DNA of 63,920 nt, filler included, from Acetivibrio sp. (lineage in GTDB: Bacteria > Bacillota > Clostridia > Acetivibrionales > Acetivibrionaceae), in assembly GCF_035371925.1 (NCBI RefSeq). It is 5 parts of 5 records of this genome, joined end to end, with 100 filler letters (N's around TTAATTAATTAA, not from the genome) between each part and the next. Parts side by side here need not be neighbours in the genome. Positions count along the whole stretch, not along the records: positions 55,066 to 63,920 come from NZ_DAORXT010000108.1; 4 more parts are not named here. One strand, 5' to 3'. Of this stretch, positions 59,677-63,920 are shown piece by piece. Under the pieces are notes generated by a model, which saw nothing but the letters and a program-made list of their open reading frames with translations, was not told where the DNA came from and ran no database searches. The position numbers and the translations under genes are program-made. The first letter of the stretch is position 1, and each line of letters opens with the position of its first letter.

Positions 59677-60126
59677 CTATTTGCTGTATTTTTTTTCAAT
59701 CTCACCGATTTTGGCAACCCTGGTTGCGTGCCTTCCGCCTTGAAATTCAGCTTTGAGCCAAGCATCAACAATATCTATAGCAAGGTCAAGGCCGACAACC
59801 CTCTCTCCCAAAGCCAGTATATTTGCATCATTATGCTCCCTGCTCATTCTTGCCATGAAGCTGTTGGTACATACAGCAGCCCTTATCCCGGGAACTTTGT
59901 TTGCGGATATCGATATGCCAAGTCCGGTACCGCATATTACAATACCCCTTTCACACTCTCCGTTTTTTACAGCTTCCGCAACCTTAAGTCCAAAATCCGG
60001 ATAATCCACCGACTCATTTCCGCATGTCCCAAAGTCTATAACCTCATATCCTCTTTTTTTGAGATAGTCTGCTATTTCGCTTTTTAAGTTGTAACCTCCG
60101 TGATCGCTTCCAATTCCTATTTTCAT
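59677..60126 (-). CDS. rpiB: Ribose-5-phosphate isomerase B
   Basis: GSDHGG, CGTGLG, REHNDAN, GGRH. Confidence 0.96.
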   Translation of the reverse strand: MKIGIGSDHGGYNLKSEIADYLKKRGYEVIDFGTCGNESVDYPDFGLKVAEAVKNGECERGIVICGTGLGISISANKVPGIRAAVCTNSFMARMSREHNDANILALGERVVGLDLAIDIVDAWLKAEFQGGRHATRVAKIGEIEKKYSK

Positions 60127-60223
60127 AGTTTCCTCCAAGAATATATTTTATAGTATTAGCATGCTTATGTCAAAGACTGTTTTAATTCAAAAAAAGTCCT
60201 TTAGCTTTAAGACACAGCACAAA

Positions 60224-60730
60224 TTATTCCTTAAACTTAATTATTATCCTATCCAAAGCATCCTTTATTTCTTTGGCACATATCTTGTATACCTCTTCAG
60301 GAAAACCGTAAGGGTCGCTAATATCCATATTATGCCTGCGATTATGCTCATGCCCCATAAAGTCGCCGTTTTCGTCATCCCCATAGGCATATTCTTTTAT
60401 CGTATAGGTTTTGTCCGCAGCACCGGGAAACATTCTCAAAACCGCATTCTTATGCTCCTCAGTCATTGTCAGTATTATATAGGCACTTTCCACATCACTT
60501 TTTGAAATTCTTCTCGCCTTGTGGGAAGAAATATCAACATTGTACTCTTCTTTTAAAACTTTTATCGCTCTCGGATTGGCACAGTCATTTTCAAAAGCTG
60601 AAATACCGGCCGAAAAAGCCCTGAAATCTTTTAAATCCTCTTTGCCGTTCTCCACTATATGGTTAAAAAGGCCTTCTGCCATACTGCTTCTGCAAGTATT
60701 TCCGGTACACACAAAAAGTACTTTTTTCAT
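60224..60730 (-). CDS. Low-molecular-weight protein Arg/Tyr phosphatase (YwlE-like)
   Basis: CTGNTCRS, DISDPYG; lies between sua5 and rpiB. Confidence 0.92.
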   Translation of the reverse strand: MKKVLFVCTGNTCRSSMAEGLFNHIVENGKEDLKDFRAFSAGISAFENDCANPRAIKVLKEEYNVDISSHKARRISKSDVESAYIILTMTEEHKNAVLRMFPGAADKTYTIKEYAYGDDENGDFMGHEHNRRHNMDISDPYGFPEEVYKICAKEIKDALDRIIIKFKE

Positions 60731-60801
60731 ATTGCAGCTCCTTTGAAGTTTACAATTTCAATAATCTTTTGTTCATTTTTCAATGGCTTGTCAAAAAGAC
60801 A

Positions 60802-61857
60802 TTATGTAACTTTTATTATATTATATCCGGCAGCTTTTTTCATCCTGTTCATCACCGCCAGTCCAATTCCTTCATTATCAATTGCTTCTGCAAGTATAAC
60901 TCTTATACCAATATCGTCAAAATCTCTAAAAGCCTTAAACAAGTTTGCCGCAATCGTAGCGGGCTCCAATCTGTCACCCAGTGTAATTAAGGGTACGCCT
61001 TTGTAGAGCTCCTTTGTCTGTTTCGTTGCAAGCACTCCCACAGGAATATCCTTGCTTTGATACTCCATTATAAGACTGTTAATCTTTTCCGCAACCTTTA
61101 ATGGCTCTCCCTCAACAACAATTACATCGGCCTTTGGAGAATAATGGGTATATTTCATTCCCGGAGCCTTAGGTACAAAATCCCCCGAGGGCTTTTTCAT
61201 TAACGAAGGATCCATAGCCACATTTCCTAAAACCTCTTTCAATTGCTCAAAGGAGACTCCCCCAGGCCTTAAAATTACAGGTATATCAGTGGTAACATCC
61301 AAAACCGTGGATTCAACACCGATATCGGCGCTGCCGCCGTCGATTATAACATCCACTCTGCCGTTCAAATCGTCGATAACATGCTTTGACACGGTTGGGC
61401 TTGGCTTTCCCGACAAGTTGGCACTGGGAGCGGCTATGGGAATACCCGCTTCCCTTATCAACGCCAGGGCTATGGGGTGCGCCGGTGCTCTCAGGCCGAC
61501 AGTGGAAAGTCCCGCTGTGATAACAGAGGGTATTTTATCGGATTTTGGAAGAACAAGGGTAAGGGGTCCCGGCCAGAACCTGTCCATTAAAATTCCAGCC
61601 TGTGGGGATATAGCCGCAGCCAGCCCGTCAACATATTCCCTTCCTGTTATATGAACAATCAAAGGATTGTCCGAGGGCCTCCCCTTAGCTTCAAAAATCT
61701 TCTTTACGGCATTTTCATTTAATGCATCGGCCCCAAGACCATAAACCGTTTCGGTAGGAAAGGCCACAATACCTCCCTCTCTTAAGACCTTTGCAGCATA
61801 TTTTATTTTTTCATTATCAATATTGTCCGGTTGTATCTTTAGTATCTCTGTTTTCAC
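60802..61857 (-). CDS. tsaC: L-threonylcarbamoyladenylate synthase (Sua5/YwlC)
   Basis: PTETVYGLG, KGRPSDNPLIVH, SANLSGKPSPT, PGMKYTHY. Confidence 0.96.
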   Translation of the reverse strand: MKTEILKIQPDNIDNEKIKYAAKVLREGGIVAFPTETVYGLGADALNENAVKKIFEAKGRPSDNPLIVHITGREYVDGLAAAISPQAGILMDRFWPGPLTLVLPKSDKIPSVITAGLSTVGLRAPAHPIALALIREAGIPIAAPSANLSGKPSPTVSKHVIDDLNGRVDVIIDGGSADIGVESTVLDVTTDIPVILRPGGVSFEQLKEVLGNVAMDPSLMKKPSGDFVPKAPGMKYTHYSPKADVIVVEGEPLKVAEKINSLIMEYQSKDIPVGVLATKQTKELYKGVPLITLGDRLEPATIAANLFKAFRDFDDIGIRVILAEAIDNEGIGLAVMNRMKKAAGYNIIKVT

Positions 61858-61930
61858 TTTACTACTCCTACCCGTGCTTCTTTACGCAAAATTATAAAGA
61901 AGCCTTTAAAACTTGCAATTAGGTTTACTT

Positions 61931-62671
61931 TTAATTTAGTAACGTAACTATTATACCACAAATAATCCCCAAAACATTCCCTATTGATGATAATCTGCCC
62001 AAATATAGTTTTTTTGACTCTACAACCAATTCCCCGTATACCACATAAAGCATTGCTCCTGCGGCAAATCCAAGACAAACACCGATGAATTTTGAGGATA
62101 TTCCTCCAAGAAGTGCCCCTGCCAAAGCTCCAATCCCCATAGGAACTCCGGAAAGCACTGTAATGACAAAGGCCTTTGACCTGCTAAAGCCTCCTGCACG
62201 CATCGGAACTGCCATGGCAATTCCTTCGGGAATATCATGTATCATAATGACAGAAGTTATCATCACTCCCAAGCTTATTGAAGCACCAAATCCCGAGCCC
62301 ACTGCAAAGCCCTCGGGAAAATTATGGAGTGCTATTCCCACCGCCATCAGTATACCGGTTCTTAGAAGACTTGAGCTGCTTTTTTTAGGTTTTGCATTCT
62401 CATATCGCAGCATCAACTCTTCCACCATCATCATGGTCATAACTCCCGCAAACACTCCTGCCAAAGTGAAGGTTCTTCCCCCGTAAGTAAATGCTTCCGG
62501 AATAAGCTCAAAACACACCACAGATGTCATCAATCCGGCGGAAAGCTCGAGTATAAAGCTTAGAAAGCGCCGGTTCACGTCCTTAACAAAAAAAGCCGTT
62601 AAGCCTCCGATACCCGTTCCCGTAATACCTGAGACAAGGCCAATCAAAGTAACTTTTATCAAATAATTCAC
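61931..62671 (-). CDS. ZIP-family metal transporter
   Basis: HNFPEG and HDIPEG motifs; multi-TM. Confidence 0.92.
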   Translation of the reverse strand: MNYLIKVTLIGLVSGITGTGIGGLTAFFVKDVNRRFLSFILELSAGLMTSVVCFELIPEAFTYGGRTFTLAGVFAGVMTMMMVEELMLRYENAKPKKSSSSLLRTGILMAVGIALHNFPEGFAVGSGFGASISLGVMITSVIMIHDIPEGIAMAVPMRAGGFSRSKAFVITVLSGVPMGIGALAGALLGGISSKFIGVCLGFAAGAMLYVVYGELVVESKKLYLGRLSSIGNVLGIICGIIVTLLN

Positions 62672-62738
62672 AATTATCCCCCTGCTTTTTAATCTTATTA
62701 ACATTCTATTCTAGCGGGGGACAAATTATTATACTATA

Positions 62739-63821
62739 TTAATTTTCACTATCTTCTGCACCGTTGCCGAGCCTTTCGGCCTGATCCGTTGTAATCAGTG
62801 CGTCTATTATCTCATCAATATCTCCGTCAAGTATATCATCTATTTTGTAAAGAGTAAGTCCAATCCTGTGGTCCGTAACCCTGCCCTGAGGGAAATTGTA
62901 CGTTCTAATCCTCTCACTTCTGTCACCGGTACCCACCTGGCTCTTTCTCTCCTGGGCAATCTCGCTGTTCTGCTGTTCCTGAGCCATTTCATAAAGTTTG
63001 GACCTGAGCACTTTCATTGCCTTTTCCCTGTTTTTATGCTGGGACCTCTGATCCTGACAGCTGACAACCAGTCCTGTGGGTAAATGCGTTATTCTTATGG
63101 CCGATTCGGTCTTGTTAATATGCTGTCCGCCGGCACCGGAAGCTCTATAGGTGTCAATTCTCAAGTCATTGGGGTTTATATCCACATCAACCTCTTCAAC
63201 CTCCGGCAGTACGGCCACTGTAACTGTGGACGTATGCACCCTTCCATTGGCTTCCGTAGCAGGAATCCTCTGAACCCTGTGCACGCCGCTTTCAAATTTC
63301 AACCTGCTGTATGCCCCGCTTCCTTCAATGGAAAATGTTACTTCCTTGAACCCGCCTATTTCCGTTGGATTGGAATCAAGCATTTCTGTTTTCCATCCAT
63401 TTCTCTCGGCATATCGGGTATACATTCTAAACAAATCTCCGGCAAACAGAGCAGCCTCTTCGCCTCCTGCGCCACCTCTGATTTCAACAATAACGTTTTT
63501 TTCATCATTGGGGTCCTTGGGAAGAAGAAGTATTTTCATCTCCTTTTCCAAAGCTTCCAGCCTTTCCTCCGCTTGCTCAAGCTCCATTTCAACCATTTCG
63601 CGAAATTCTTTGTCCAGCTTCTCACCAAGCAATTCTTTGGCATCTGAAATTTCCTTGGTTACCTTTTTATACTCATTGTATTTTGTCACGAGCACTTCCA
63701 GCTCCGAATGTTCCTTCATAAGCTTTTTGTATTCATCCTGGTTTGCTATTACAGCCGGGTCGCTTAATCTGTGATTTATTTCATCATATCTGTTTTCTGC
63801 CGCCTGAAACTTCTCAAACAT
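62739..63821 (-). CDS. prfA: Peptide chain release factor 1
   Basis: [20 protein letters not shown] motif, RIRTYNFPQ. Confidence 0.97.
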   Translation of the reverse strand: MFEKFQAAENRYDEINHRLSDPAVIANQDEYKKLMKEHSELEVLVTKYNEYKKVTKEISDAKELLGEKLDKEFREMVEMELEQAEERLEALEKEMKILLLPKDPNDEKNVIVEIRGGAGGEEAALFAGDLFRMYTRYAERNGWKTEMLDSNPTEIGGFKEVTFSIEGSGAYSRLKFESGVHRVQRIPATEANGRVHTSTVTVAVLPEVEEVDVDINPNDLRIDTYRASGAGGQHINKTESAIRITHLPTGLVVSCQDQRSQHKNREKAMKVLRSKLYEMAQEQQNSEIAQERKSQVGTGDRSERIRTYNFPQGRVTDHRIGLTLYKIDDILDGDIDEIIDALITTDQAERLGNGAEDSEN

Positions 63822-63920
63822 ACCGCACCTCTTACATTATCATTATTAAAATCCATAATCACATATTATACCATGAATCTGTGATTTATTCTACACAAAA
63901 ATGCATACTTTAACATCCCT

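Noticed and set aside
55066..63920. Novelty in the prfA to atpB contig
   Set aside because: This is an ordinary conserved Bacillota gene order with intact motifs.

Overview
AT-rich Bacillota DNA, most likely a cellulolytic Acetivibrio/Hungateiclostridiaceae-type clostridium (inferred from gene content and order). The window is not contiguous. Four identical 100-nt linkers (N44-TTAATTAATTAA-N44) join five contigs whose complete lengths fall in size order (13955, 13648, 12909 nt), so adjacency across gaps is uninformative. Contig 1 (1-14153): radical SAM/SPASM protein lacking CxxxCxxC, VWA lipoprotein, two HAD hydrolases, acyl-ACP thioesterase, an unlisted DUF1540 small gene, yyaC, a secreted protein/ABC transporter/two-component operon, a SpoVB/MurJ-type flippase and a broken 5S rRNA end. 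Contig 2 (14254-28208): the main finding, a tightly coupled 8-gene, ~10.5 kb apparent phospholipid biosynthesis operon (CarS-like cytidylyltransferase, two rifampin-phosphotransferase-type dikinases, PssA, Psd, UbiA-family enzyme, ceramide-synthase-like GNAT, acyl-AMP ligase), then a LivK-like binding protein and an IS1182. Contig 3: xth (amber-interrupted), dprA, topA, trmFO and flgB-fliJ with an amber-interrupted fliF. Contig 4: spoVT-mazG-hup-yabOPQ-divIC-yabR, tRNA-Leu, tRNA-fMet, MCP, ABC1 kinase, P-type ATPase, TetR regulator and a repeat-protein relic. Contig 5: the housekeeping run prfA to atpB. All assignments come from reading motifs by eye; no searches were run.
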